Assembly (NCBI GenBank): GCA_963734495.1
Contig: CAVTHK010000001.1
Coordinates: forward strand, 96,001-160,000
DNA: 64,000 nucleotides
Direction of reading: 5' to 3'
Source of the DNA: an uncultured Spirochaetota bacterium
GTDB taxonomy: Bacteria; Spirochaetota; Spirochaetia; SZUA-6; CAVTHK01
The position numbers were made by a program, and so were the translations under genes. Shown piece after piece: positions 40,837-50,664 of this stretch (position 1 is its first letter; every line of letters begins with the position of its first letter). The notes under the pieces are model-generated. The model saw only the letters and a list, made by a program, of their open reading frames with translations. It was not told the DNA's origin and made no database searches.

Positions 40837-41466
40837 CTATGCGCCCTCCGCGGCCTCGCGCATCGCCTCGAGGATCAGCTGCATGGACAGCGCGCCCGGG
40901 TCGGCGTGGCCGAGGGCGCGCGCGCCGAGGCTGCGCATCTTGCCCGCGCGCGGCATCATCTCGCGGGTCCGCTCGACGCCCCCGCGCGCGCCCTCGGCTG
41001 CAGCAGCCAGCGCGGCGCCGAGCGACCCGCCGCGCGCCTCGCCGGCCGCGAGGGCCGCGGGCGCGAGGGCGTCGATCATCGTCTTGTCGCCGGGCGCGGC
41101 CCCGCCGCGCTTCTCGACCGCGGCGAGCCCGGCCTGGAGCCACGCGGCGAGGGCCTCCGCGTCGAGGCGCTCGCGGCCCTCGAGCGCCGCGGCGCCGGCG
41201 CGGAAGAGCGTGCCGAACACCGCGCCCGCGGCGCCGCCCACCCCCGCCATCAGCGCCGAGCCGGTCACCTTGAAGGCGTCCGCCACCGAAGCCGGCGGCG
41301 CCGCCGCGAGCTTCGCCTGCGCCGCCTCGAAGCCGCGCGCCATGCCCACCCCGTGGTCGCCGTCGCCCATGCGGTCGGCCTCGGTGAGACGGTCGCGCGC
41401 CTCGACGATGCGGTCGGCGACGTGGAGCAGCAGGGCTACGGTCTCGGGCGTGCTCAGGCCCGGCAT
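40837..41466 (-). CDS. dhaL: Dihydroxyacetone kinase subunit L (Dak2 domain)
   Basis: LTEADRMGDGDHG, GGAAG, PGDKTMIDAL, GHADPGA. Confidence 0.85.
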   Translation of the reverse strand: MPGLSTPETVALLLHVADRIVEARDRLTEADRMGDGDHGVGMARGFEAAQAKLAAAPPASVADAFKVTGSALMAGVGGAAGAVFGTLFRAGAAALEGRERLDAEALAAWLQAGLAAVEKRGGAAPGDKTMIDALAPAALAAGEARGGSLGAALAAAAEGARGGVERTREMMPRAGKMRSLGARALGHADPGALSMQLILEAMREAAEGA

Positions 41467-42488
41467 CACGGCCTCCTCGACGCGAGCTTCAAGCCAGGCC
41501 TCGAGGCAAGCCTGAAGGCCAGCGAATCCGCCTCCATGTCATAGAAGCGCGCGAGCTCCTCGTCGAGGCGGAGGAGCGTGATCGACGCGCCGGCCATCTC
41601 CTGGCAGGTGCAGTACTTTCCGATGACGGTGTCGTGCACGGCGATGCCTTCGCGGTCGAGGATCTGCCGCACGCGCCGGTTCATGATCAGCAGCTCCATG
41701 GCGGTGGTCGCGCCGAGGTCGTTGAGGAGGACCGCGACGCGGTCGCCGCGGCGGAACGGAAGATCCGCAAGGATGCGCGCCATCATGTCGTCGACGACGG
41801 GGTCGGCCGCGCGCAGCGGCCCGCGCGCCACGCCCGGCTCCCCGTGCAGCCCCATGCCGATCTCCATCTCTCCGTCGCCGAGCGTGAACGTGGGCTCGCC
41901 CGTCTCTGGGATCGACCCCGCGGCCAGCGCCACTCCCATCGTGCGCACGGCAGCCTCGGCCTTGCGGGTGACGCGCTCGACCTCGGCGAGGCTGCCGAGC
42001 GTGGAAGCGGCGGCACCCGCGATCTTGACGACAAAAAGAAGGCCGGCGATCCCGCGGCGCTGCTCGCGTTCCGCGATGGCCACGTCGTCGGCGATGCGGA
42101 CCGTGCGGACTTCGATCCCTTCGTCCGCGGCCATCTCCGCGCCCATGTCGAAGTTCATGACGTCGCCGGCGTAGTTGCCGTAGACGTAGAGCACCCCCGC
42201 GCCGCGGTGCACGGCCTTCGTCGCCTCCAGCACGGTCTCGGGCCCGGGGGCCGCGAACACGTTGCCGATGGCCGCGCCGTCGGCCATGTTCTCGCCCACC
42301 AGGCCGTGGTAGATCGGCTCGTGGCCGCTGCCGCCCCCGACCAGCAGCGCCACCTTGCCCTGCGGGATCGAGCGCCTGGCGATCGCGTTCACGCCCTCGA
42401 GGCGCATCACGCTGCCGCCATAGGCGGCCACCAGGCCGTCGATCATCTCGGTCACGACGTTGCGCGGGTCGTTGATCAGCTTCTTCAA
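41466..42488 (-). CDS. dhaK: Dihydroxyacetone kinase subunit K (Dak1 domain)
   Basis: MKKLIN, GGGSGHEP, GNYAGDVMNF, RRGIAG, GMGLHGEPG. Confidence 0.85.
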   Translation of the reverse strand: MKKLINDPRNVVTEMIDGLVAAYGGSVMRLEGVNAIARRSIPQGKVALLVGGGSGHEPIYHGLVGENMADGAAIGNVFAAPGPETVLEATKAVHRGAGVLYVYGNYAGDVMNFDMGAEMAADEGIEVRTVRIADDVAIAEREQRRGIAGLLFVVKIAGAAASTLGSLAEVERVTRKAEAAVRTMGVALAAGSIPETGEPTFTLGDGEMEIGMGLHGEPGVARGPLRAADPVVDDMMARILADLPFRRGDRVAVLLNDLGATTAMELLIMNRRVRQILDREGIAVHDTVIGKYCTCQEMAGASITLLRLDEELARFYDMEADSLAFRLASRPGLKLASRRP

Positions 42489-42492
42489 GCGT

Positions 42493-44016
42493 CTACCTCC
42501 TCAGGGCGCGGTCGAGCTCCGCCTGCTTCGCAGCAAGGAGCCGCGGCATCCCCAGCCCGTTGATGCGTTCGGCGTAGTCGGCGAAGCTCTCGAGCGGCTG
42601 CGCGCCCGTCGCGATCTTCACCGTCATCTCCTCCACGAGAGCGGCCGCTTTCGGAAGCACGTCGGCCTCCAGCGCCGCCTCGCCGCCCGCCGGCCACAGC
42701 GGCGGCAGCGCGTGATCGGCGGTCGCCGCCCGGCTCCAGAGCCGCTGCGCCTCGGCGAGACCCGGCGAGCCGGCGATCGCCGGCAGGCGGGCGCGCCAGC
42801 CCTCCGTGTCGAACCGGCCGAACAGCGTGAGCCTGGCGTCGAACCTCCGCTGCAGGAGGCTGCCCTGGTCGCTGTACCAGAAGTCGACCCACAGGGCGGA
42901 GACCTTCAGCTTTGCGTTCTTTGCGCCGAGGGCGAGCCAGCGGCCGCCGATGACTCCCGCCGCCGCTTCGTTCGCCCCGAGCAGGGCGAGCTCTCCCGCG
43001 GTCTTGACCGGCGGAGCCAAGGCCACGATCGCTGCCTTCGGCTCACGGGCCCTGAGGGCGGCAGCGAGACGCGGCATCGCGTCGGCGCTCGCGACCCAGG
43101 CGGCAGCCTTCCCCTGGACGATCCTGGACTCCGAGGTGCGGAGGTCGACGGTCCCGAAGTCGGCGTTGACCAGCCCGTCCTTGACCCAGGCCGCGAGGAG
43201 GGCGAGGAAGTCCCGGAAGCCCGGCTGGAGCGGCCCGTAGCCGACGCGGCCGTCGGTCTGGAAAAAGCCGAACGACGCGCCGTGGCCGCTCGCGAACAGG
43301 TGAGTCAGCTCCAGGTCGGAGAGGCGCAGGAGGAGCGGGGTGTCGATCCCCCGCTCCTTCTTGATGAGACGAAGGGCTGCGTCCCAGTCGTCCATCGTGT
43401 CGAGCCGGCTGATCTTGAGGCGCTCGAGGATGTCGCCTCTCGCCGCGAGCCCCTCGGTCGCTCCGATCGCCAGCGCCGTCTCCGGGTCCGCGCTCCAGGC
43501 GAGGAGCGGGAAGCCGTAGTAGTACCCTTCATCGGTGCGCAGCGCCCGGGCGCGCGAGGGAGCGCGCGCCAGCATCGTCCGGTAGTCCGGCATCCACGTC
43601 TCGATCACGTCGTTGAGCGGCACGATGAGCTCGTCCGCGATCGCGCGCGAAGGCCCGCCCGGGTACCGGGTCCAGTCGGTCAGGATCGTGTCCGGCAGGC
43701 TGCCGGAAGCGGCGAGCGCCGCGAGCGCGGCCGCCTCGCCGGCCGCGGGCGGATGAACGAAGCGGACGGTGACGCCGGTGCGCCTCACCGCCTCGCGGAA
43801 CAGCGGCGACTCGGCGAGGTTGCTCACGCCGGCCGCGGCGGGAAGAGGCGTCCACAGCGAGATCGTGACGGGGGCGGCCGAGATCGGGAGCCGGAGCTCT
43901 TCGACCCGGTCGGTGACCTCGAAGCGGGCATCGCCCGGCTTCTCGCGCGCCCCGCCCGCGTAGACGCCTCGGCTCGCGGCCAGCAGCAGGAGCAGCGCAG
44001 CGGCGACGGCTCTCAT
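42493..44016 (-). CDS. Divergent LplA-like solute-binding protein
   Basis: Signal peptide plus YAGG, ASGSLPD, TDEGYYYGFP, DTMDDW, KIATGAQP. The C-terminal half is shortened relative to its paralogues. Confidence 0.75.
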   Translation of the reverse strand: MRAVAAALLLLLAASRGVYAGGAREKPGDARFEVTDRVEELRLPISAAPVTISLWTPLPAAAGVSNLAESPLFREAVRRTGVTVRFVHPPAAGEAAALAALAASGSLPDTILTDWTRYPGGPSRAIADELIVPLNDVIETWMPDYRTMLARAPSRARALRTDEGYYYGFPLLAWSADPETALAIGATEGLAARGDILERLKISRLDTMDDWDAALRLIKKERGIDTPLLLRLSDLELTHLFASGHGASFGFFQTDGRVGYGPLQPGFRDFLALLAAWVKDGLVNADFGTVDLRTSESRIVQGKAAAWVASADAMPRLAAALRAREPKAAIVALAPPVKTAGELALLGANEAAAGVIGGRWLALGAKNAKLKVSALWVDFWYSDQGSLLQRRFDARLTLFGRFDTEGWRARLPAIAGSPGLAEAQRLWSRAATADHALPPLWPAGGEAALEADVLPKAAALVEEMTVKIATGAQPLESFADYAERINGLGMPRLLAAKQAELDRALRR

Positions 44017-44059
44017 GATCGCCTCCCGGGTAAGCTATCGCCCCTCGCCCGCGTTCGCG

Positions 44060-44689
44060 TCAAGGCGCGGGGCCGGCCGCCCGGGCGCCCACGGCTGCGA
44101 GGATTTTCGCGCCGAACTCGGAGGCGCTCTGCGGCCCCGAGCCGGTGATGACTTTCCCGGCGGCCACGACGGGCGCGTCGAGGTATTCGGCGCCCCGGCC
44201 CCGGATCTCCGCGACGACGGCCGGGTCGGGATAGCAGGTCGCCTTCCTGCCCGCCAGCACTCCGGCGCGCGCCAGCGCTCCGGGGGCGAGGCAGATCGCG
44301 GCCACCACCTTCTTCCTGCGGTCCGCGTCGATCACCAGGGCGCGCAGGTCGGCGTTGTCCCAGAGGTGACGGGCAGCGCCCATCCCGCCCACGATGACGA
44401 CGGCGTCGAGACGGCCGGCTGAAAGCTCGCGGATCGCCAGGTCGGGCCGGACCGTCATCCCGGCGTGGCTGACCGCCTCGCTCCTGCTCGTGCAGGCAAG
44501 CGTCACCCGGGCGCCCCCGCGCTCCAGGACGCTCCGCGTGACGGAGTACTCCTGATCGTCGAAGTCCGCGGGCGCCACGATCATCGCGACCCGCGGGCGC
44601 GGGGCGCCGCCGAGGGGACGCCGGTCGCACGCCGCCACGGCGAGCAGCAGCCAGGCGCAGCTCAACGAGGTAAGGAACGTCTTGAACAC
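44060..44689 (-). CDS. DJ-1/PfpI-family protein with a lipoprotein-type signal
   Basis: FDDQEY, DAVVIVGG, AAICLAP, GVLAGRKAT, VITGSGP. N-terminal hydrophobic stretch ending VAAC. Confidence 0.85.
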   Translation of the reverse strand: MFKTFLTSLSCAWLLLAVAACDRRPLGGAPRPRVAMIVAPADFDDQEYSVTRSVLERGGARVTLACTSRSEAVSHAGMTVRPDLAIRELSAGRLDAVVIVGGMGAARHLWDNADLRALVIDADRRKKVVAAICLAPGALARAGVLAGRKATCYPDPAVVAEIRGRGAEYLDAPVVAAGKVITGSGPQSASEFGAKILAAVGARAAGPAP

Positions 44690-44859
44690 ATGCCGCCTCC
44701 GGCGATCGAGCCGGCATCCAGCAGATCACGAAAGCGGGCGGCGTTCAATGCCGTTCAGGAGCGACGCGGCGGCGGTCGGGCCGCCCGGCCGCGCCACGCC
44801 ACGCGCCCCGCCGCGCGCCACGCTTGATCAATCGACCATTATTGCTGACTTTATGCACC

Positions 44860-45633
44860 GTGGACGACGGACAGCTGTACGGGCGGGCGCGCGCCCTGCT
44901 TCTCAGGGAAGCGGCCTTTGTCGCGCAATCGTCGCCGAGCAGCCGCGCGCTGGAGCTGCCCGGCATCCATGGCTCAATCGTCCCATCGGCGCCCGACCGG
45001 TCCATCCTCAACTGTGTGATCTACGACCGCCTCGAGTCCCTGGTCCGAAGCCACGACGCCGTCGCTGCCGCTTACCTCGAGGCCGGCGTCCGCGCCTGGG
45101 CCGTCTGGACCGACGCCGGCGACCGGGACGCCGCCGCGGAGCTCGCGGCCCGCGGCTACAAGCTGGACGCGGAGCCGATCGCGATGGCGGCCGAGATCGG
45201 CGCGCTGACGCTTCCCCCCCTCGACGGACTCGCGTGGTCGATGACGCGCGCCCTCGCCCTGGTGGGGAGAATCAACGACGCCGCCTACGGGCTGCCTCCC
45301 CCCGCCTTCGAGGCGTCGATGACGAGGTGGCCCGCGTCCGCCTCGCGGTGGTTCGCCTGCAGCGCGGAGCTGGACGGCCGACCCGCCTGCGTGCTGATGT
45401 TCGACCTGTCCGAGGATGGCGATTGCGGCGTCACGCACGTCGCGACGCTGCCGGAGGCCCGCGGGCGCGGCCTCGCCACGCGCCTGCTCGCCGCGGCGCT
45501 GCGCGAGGCGGCGCGGCGCGGCGCGGTCACGACGTCGCTGCAGGCCAGCCCGCTGGGCAGCGGAGTCTACCGGAGGCTGGGATACCGGGACCTCGGCACC
45601 ATGGGCATGTGGGAGTGGCGCAAGCCCGCGTGA
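44860..45633 (+). CDS. GNAT-family acetyltransferase; start approximate
   Basis: VATLPEARGRGLA, LQASPLGSGVYRRLGY. Confidence 0.82.
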   Translation: MDDGQLYGRARALLLREAAFVAQSSPSSRALELPGIHGSIVPSAPDRSILNCVIYDRLESLVRSHDAVAAAYLEAGVRAWAVWTDAGDRDAAAELAARGYKLDAEPIAMAAEIGALTLPPLDGLAWSMTRALALVGRINDAAYGLPPPAFEASMTRWPASASRWFACSAELDGRPACVLMFDLSEDGDCGVTHVATLPEARGRGLATRLLAAALREAARRGAVTTSLQASPLGSGVYRRLGYRDLGTMGMWEWRKPA

Positions 45634-45801
45634 CGATCGCGGAAGCGGGACTCTCGGCCTCGCCGCCGCCGTGGCGGGGACGGTGACCTTCAATTTCCTC
45701 TGGATCCTGTTCGCTGGAAGGGTGATCGGTTCGGGCGGGATGCCGGGGGCGGGCGCCGCGCGGCCTCGGGCCCGCCGCGGGGGCGGGCCGGGGCGCGCGC
45801 T

Positions 45802-46296
45802 TTAGCGGGCGAGGAGCTTCGAGCCGCGCGAGCGGAGCGTCGCGAGGCGCTTGCGCACGCCGGAGACGGAAAGCCCCGCGCGAGACGCGGTCTCCTCGAG
45901 GGGCGCCCCTTCGATCCAGCGGGCCTCGGCGATCGCCCTCGTGTCCGGCTTTTCCCCGCTGAACAGCTGATCGAGCAGCGACTTCTCGACGACGCGCGAC
46001 TCGGGGTCGTCGGTCCCGGCGACGTTGAGGATGAGCTCGCCGGCGGGGGTGCTCGGCCTGCGCCTGCGCGAGCGCAGCATGTTCAGCGACGTGTTGGTCG
46101 CGATGCGGTACATCAGGCTGGACGGGTAGTCGGCGCTCAGCCGGTCGCGGCGGCGCAGGATCTGCACAAAGGACTCCTGCATGGCGTCCAGCGCGTCTCC
46201 CTCGTCCCTGAGGAGGGACCGACATCGGCGCAGCACCATCGGCCCGTAGCGCCGGTAGATGGCCTCGACATCCAAAACGTTTCGGGAGTCAGTCAT
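45802..46296 (-). CDS. ECF RNA polymerase sigma factor
   Basis: Region 2 (YRRYGPMVLRRC..DAMQESF..YRIATNTSLN) and region 4 (LEETA..GLSVSGVRKRL). Confidence 0.85.
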   Translation of the reverse strand: MTDSRNVLDVEAIYRRYGPMVLRRCRSLLRDEGDALDAMQESFVQILRRRDRLSADYPSSLMYRIATNTSLNMLRSRRRRPSTPAGELILNVAGTDDPESRVVEKSLLDQLFSGEKPDTRAIAEARWIEGAPLEETASRAGLSVSGVRKRLATLRSRGSKLLAR

Positions 46297-46447
46297 GCCC
46301 GGGAACATACGCCGCCCGCCGCCCGGGGGCATCACCAAAATTAGTGATTTTGTCTTGGACAAATGAAGAAGGCGCCTGCCTCGCCCGCCGCGGCGGCAGC
46401 CGGCTCGTCGGGCTCGCCGCGCCGGGCGCCCGCGGCCCGCTCGGGGG

Positions 46448-49209
46448 CTACCGCAGCTCGACGAGGATCCGCGTGCCGGCCCCGGGCGCGCTCTCGATGC
46501 GCAGCGTACCGCCGAGCCGCTCCACGCGCTCCGCCATCCCGCGCAGGCCCAGCCCCCCGCCCCGGCGCGCCTCTTCGACGTCGAAACCCGCCCCGTCGTC
46601 GCCGATCTCGAGCCGGGTGAGGCGCTCCTCGAAGCGGAGGCGGACCGTCACCTGGCGCGCTCGCGCGTGCTTGAGGACGTTGTTCAGCGCCTCCTGCGCG
46701 ACCTGGTACAGCTCCCGCGCGACCGCGGGCGGCAGGCGCTCGGTCCCCTCCGTCTCGAAGGTTACAGCCGTCCCGCCGCGCGTCTCCACCGAGTCCAGCC
46801 TCGTCTGGAGGGCGGCGGCGAGGCCGCCCTGGCTCAGAGCCGGCGGGCTCAGCTGGAAGATGAGCAGGCGCATCTCGCGCAGCGCGTCCTGAGCGGTGGC
46901 CCGCAGCTCCCGCAGGTGCCCGACGGCGTTTGCGCTGTCGCCCGCCTCCAGCATCCGCGCGACCGCCTCGGCGTACAGCGTCACGCTGTACAGGGACTGC
47001 GTCACCGAATCGTGCAGGTCGCGGGCGAGCCGGCTGCGCTCGGCGAAGGCGGCCGACTGCTCGGCCTGGGCGCGAAGGCGCGCGTTCTCGATGGCGAGCG
47101 CCGCCTGGTCCGCGACTCCCATCGCGAGCTGGATCTCCTCGTCGGAAAACTCCCGGGCCCTGCGGTAGTAGAGCGTGATCCCGCCGTAGTCCTCGTCCTT
47201 GACGACCAGCGGCACCGAGAGCATCGCGTGGTAGCCGCGGGCGACCATGAGCTCGAGGCTCTTCTTCTCTTCGTCGAACATCGCTTCCGCGGACGGGCCT
47301 GTGCCGGCGAGGAACGCGGTCGCGTCGGCGATGACCAGCGGGCGCCGCTCCGCGAGCGCCCTCCCCGCCCCTCCCTTTCCGGGCGAAAAGCTGATGCTGG
47401 CCACGTACTCGGGGTCCAGGCCCCAGGCGGACTGGATGCGCATCGGCCCGTCCGGGCTCTCCTGGCGCAGCAGCGACGCCGCGTCGCTGCCCATGAGCCG
47501 GCTCGCCTGCGAGACGATGAAGCCCAGGGTCTGCTCGAGGGAGTGGTCCGAGTTCAGCACCGCCAGGGTCTCGCGCATCCCCTCGGCCACCGTCCGCCGC
47601 CGCTCGTCCTCCTCGTGGCGCGCGCGCTCGAGGCGGTAGAGACGGGCATTCTCGACCGCCAGCCCGACCTGGCGGCCGATCGCCAGAAGCAGCGAAGACT
47701 CCTCCGGGCTGAGCGAGCGCTCGGCGCGCGTGCACGCCAGGATTCCGCCCTGAAGCCTTCCCTTGGCGGTCACCGGCACAAAGATGAACAGCCGCAGCCC
47801 TTCGGCCTCCATGTGCCGCCTGAGCTCCCCGTCGGGGTAGTCGCGGACGGCCAGGCTGAGGAGCGTCTCCGCGGGATCGCCGCCGTCGACCGGGATCGCC
47901 GCGAGCGGCAGCAGCGACACGGACCGCGCGAACCGCACGGGGAGCCCCCTCTGTGCCATCATCACCAGCGTGTGCTCGTCGAGGCGGTAGGCCGCTCCGG
48001 CTTCGACGCTCACGGCGTCCGTCGTCTTCTCCAGCGCGGCGCTCATGATCTCGCCGAGGTCCAGGGAGCGGCTCACCACGTCCGCGAGGGAATTGAGCAC
48101 CGCCAGCTCGCGGGTGCGCTCGCTCACCCGCTGCTCGAGCATCTCGTAAGCCGCGCGCAGCTCCGCCTGCGTCCGCCTGCGCTCGGTCACGTCGGTGTGC
48201 GCGCCCACCATGCGCGTCGCCCTGCCGGCCGCATCCCTCAGGGCGATGCCGCGCGCGAGGATCCAGCGGTAGGTGCCGTCCTTGTGCCGCAGGCGGTGCT
48301 CCAGCTCGAAGACGGGCTTGCGGCCCTGGAGGTAGGCGTCGACCTCGGCGAGGGCGTGCTCGACGTCGTCGGGGTGGAGCAGGGCCTGCCACGACGCGAA
48401 GACGTTCGCGATCTCGTCCTCGCCGTAGCCGAGCATGCTCTTCCAGCGCGGCGAGAAGTAGACTTCGTCGGTGGCGAGGTTCCAGTCCCAGATCCCGTCG
48501 TTGGTCCCCCGCATGACCAGGCCGAGCCTCTCCTCGCGCTCGCGCAGGCGCCCGGCGAGCAGCTCGAGGTCCGAGGCGGCCTTGCGGCTCGCCGTCAGCG
48601 TGCGGATGTGCAGCGCATAGAAGCGCTCCACGAGCACGACCAGGGTGAAGACGAGGATCGCCAGCGCCCCGGCGGCTTCGGCCCACATGTCCGGCGCGAG
48701 CGAGTTGGATCGCTCCGTGAGCCACCGCTCCAGAAAACCGGTGCGGGCGAGCACGGTGAAAGCGCTGAACGCCGCCAGGCTTGCGGCGGCCGCGGCATAG
48801 CCCGCGCGCGGGTCCGATGAGGATCGTGGCGATCGACGGCAGGATGACCAGGAAGAGCCGGCCGCTGCCCAGGAGCCCGAGCCGCGCCATGCTGGCCGAA
48901 GCGTTGATGTAGGCCGCGATGAGGAAAGCCCAGGCGCGGAAGCTCCCGCTCGAGTCGAGGCACGGCGGCCAGGACCACGAACACGGCATAGGTGGCCGCG
49001 TAGACCCACAGGAGCGGCGAGCCGTTGCCGGAGATCAGCGCCCCGGCAACCATAAAGCCGTAGGTCGGGACGCCGGCGACCGCCACGACCAGGAGGAGGA
49101 GCCAGGCGGCGCGCGCCCTCCAGCCCTCGAGCTCGGCCTTTATGTCCAGCGGGGTCGCGGAGACCTGGTCTGCGAGCTCGGCTGGGTCTGCGGGGATCGG
49201 GGCGCTCAC
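46448..49209 (-). CDS. Sensor histidine kinase (TM-PAS-GAF-GAF-HisKA_3-HATPase; frameshifts at ~48810 and ~48950)
   Basis: PAS NDGIWDW..HPDD..DGTYRW, two GAF domains, ERSRLARDLHDSVTQ, QEALNNVLKHA, DDGAGF, GLGL. Confidence 0.88.
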
Positions 49210-49291
49210 GGGACACTCAATCTATGACGTCGCGGGAAGCGGCGCAAGCAGTCCGCTCGATGCCGGTCGGCACGCGCGGCGGCGCCCGCGG

Positions 49292-49645
49292 TCAGAGCAG
49301 CGAAGAGAGGACGGACATCACCCGGTCAGGAGGCTCCCACTTGGCCACGAACGCGTCGGCTCCCGCGGCCAGCGCCTGCCGGACAGCAGGCGAGCGTCGA
49401 CGGTCAGGACGAGGATCTTGATCTCGGGCCACCGGGACCTGATCTCGCGCGCGGCCTCGATGCCGTCGAGGCTCCGGCATGCGGACGTCGAGGATCACGA
49501 GCCCGGGCCGGGTCTCGCCCGCGAGCGCGACGGCCTCGATGCCCGTCGCCGCTTCCAGGATCTCCGCGTCGGGATGCGTGGCCGCCACGAGCGCCTTGAG
49601 GCTCTGGCGCGCGTGTTTCTGGTCGTCGGCGATGAGGATGCGCAA
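49292..49645 (-). CDS. Single-domain response regulator receiver (compensating frameshifts)
   Basis: RILIADD, ILDVRMP, then DGIEAAR..ILVLT in another frame, ALAAGADAFVAK. Confidence 0.7.
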   Translation of the reverse strand: MRILIADDQKHARQSLKALVAATHPDAEILEAATGIEAVALAGETRPGLVILDVRMPEPRRHRGRARDQVPVARDQDPRPDRRRSPAVRQALAAGADAFVAKWEPPDRVMSVLSSLL

Positions 49646-49670
49646 GCTTTCGTGCTCCTGCGGTCCTCAT

Positions 49671-49716
49671 ACAATGCCGCGGCGGGGCCGCCGCCGCCAT
49701 CGCCAAAAAGAGGGAT
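49671..49716 (-). promoter_or_regulatory. Candidate response-regulator-dependent promoter motif, copy A
   Basis: ATCCCTCTTTTTGGCGATG-N21-CATTGT. Ungapped match to copy B. Confidence 0.5.
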
Positions 49717-49732
49717 TTCGAGACTCTGTCTG

Positions 49733-50436
49733 CTAAGGACGCGTGACACGCGCCCCGCGGCCTCTACTCCTCGGGGTCGGAACGTCGTCGAGCGAGGCGA
49801 GCCCGGAGCGCAGCGCGTAGAGCGCGGCCTGCGTGCGGCTGGCGAGCTGGAGCTTGCCGAGGATGTTGCTCACGTGCGTGCGCACGGTCCACTCGGCGAC
49901 AAAGATCTTCGTCGCGATCTCCTTGTTGCTCATGCCCTGCGCGATCAGGCGGAGCACGTCCACTCTCGCGGGCGGTCAGCGGGTCGGTCGTGGGCTTCGC
50001 GCCCAGGCGGATGGGAGAGCTCCTGCAGCACCTTGCGCGCGATCTCCGGCTGCAGGGACGGCTCGCCCCGGTGCACCCGGCGTATGGCTTCGAGGAGCTC
50101 CTCGGGGCCCGAGTCCTTGAGCAGGTATCCCAGCGCGCCGGCCTTGACCGCCGGGAACACCTTGTCGTCGGCGGCGAAGCTGGTGAGCACCAGCACGCGC
50201 GTGCCGGGGCAGGTCTGCGTGATCTGACGGGTGGCCTCGATGCCGTCCATTCGCGGCATCACGAGGTCCATGAGCACGACGTCCGGCTTGAGCGCCGCGG
50301 CCTTGGACACCGCTTCCGATCCGTCGCGCGCCTCGTCCACGACCTTGATGTCCTTCTCGGTGGCGAGGAGCACGGCGAGGCCTTTGCGGACGATCTCGTG
50401 GTCGTCGGTGATCAGGACGCGGATGGCTCCCTTCAA
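49733..50436 (-). CDS. NarL/LuxR-family response regulator (frameshift at ~49970)
   Basis: DDHEIVRKGL, DLVMP, LTSF, GYLLK, and HTH GMSNKEIA..TVRTHVSNILGKL in the second frame. Confidence 0.88.
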
Positions 50437-50595
50437 CGTTCACTCCTGTGACAGTGTCCGATTATAGCCGTGCGGCCACTGTCCGCGCAAACGAGCACCT
50501 GCGCCGCTCTGCGCCGCGCTCCGCAGCCGGCCGACGGGCAACACGGTCGAGGGGGATGCGTCTCGCACGAATGTGGCAGCGCGGTGCCGGCAAGA

Positions 50596-50641
50596 ACACC
50601 ACCTTTTCGCGATGATGCGCGGCCCGCGCACCTGGCAGAAT
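50596..50641 (+). promoter_or_regulatory. Candidate response-regulator-dependent promoter motif, copy B
   Basis: ACACCACCTTTTCGCGATG-N21-CAGAAT upstream of the flavoprotein RBS. Confidence 0.5.
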
Positions 50642-50664
50642 GCGTCCGTACAGGAGGAGGATCC

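Noticed and set aside
45634..45801. Hydrophobic frame (TLGLAAAVAGTVTFNFLWILFAG) as a small membrane protein
   Set aside because: No convincing start codon or RBS. It could be a gene remnant but cannot be supported.
50455..50485. TGTCCG repeat resembling the AraC site at 38354
   Set aside because: Period is 25 rather than 21 bp and there is no AraC or SBP context.
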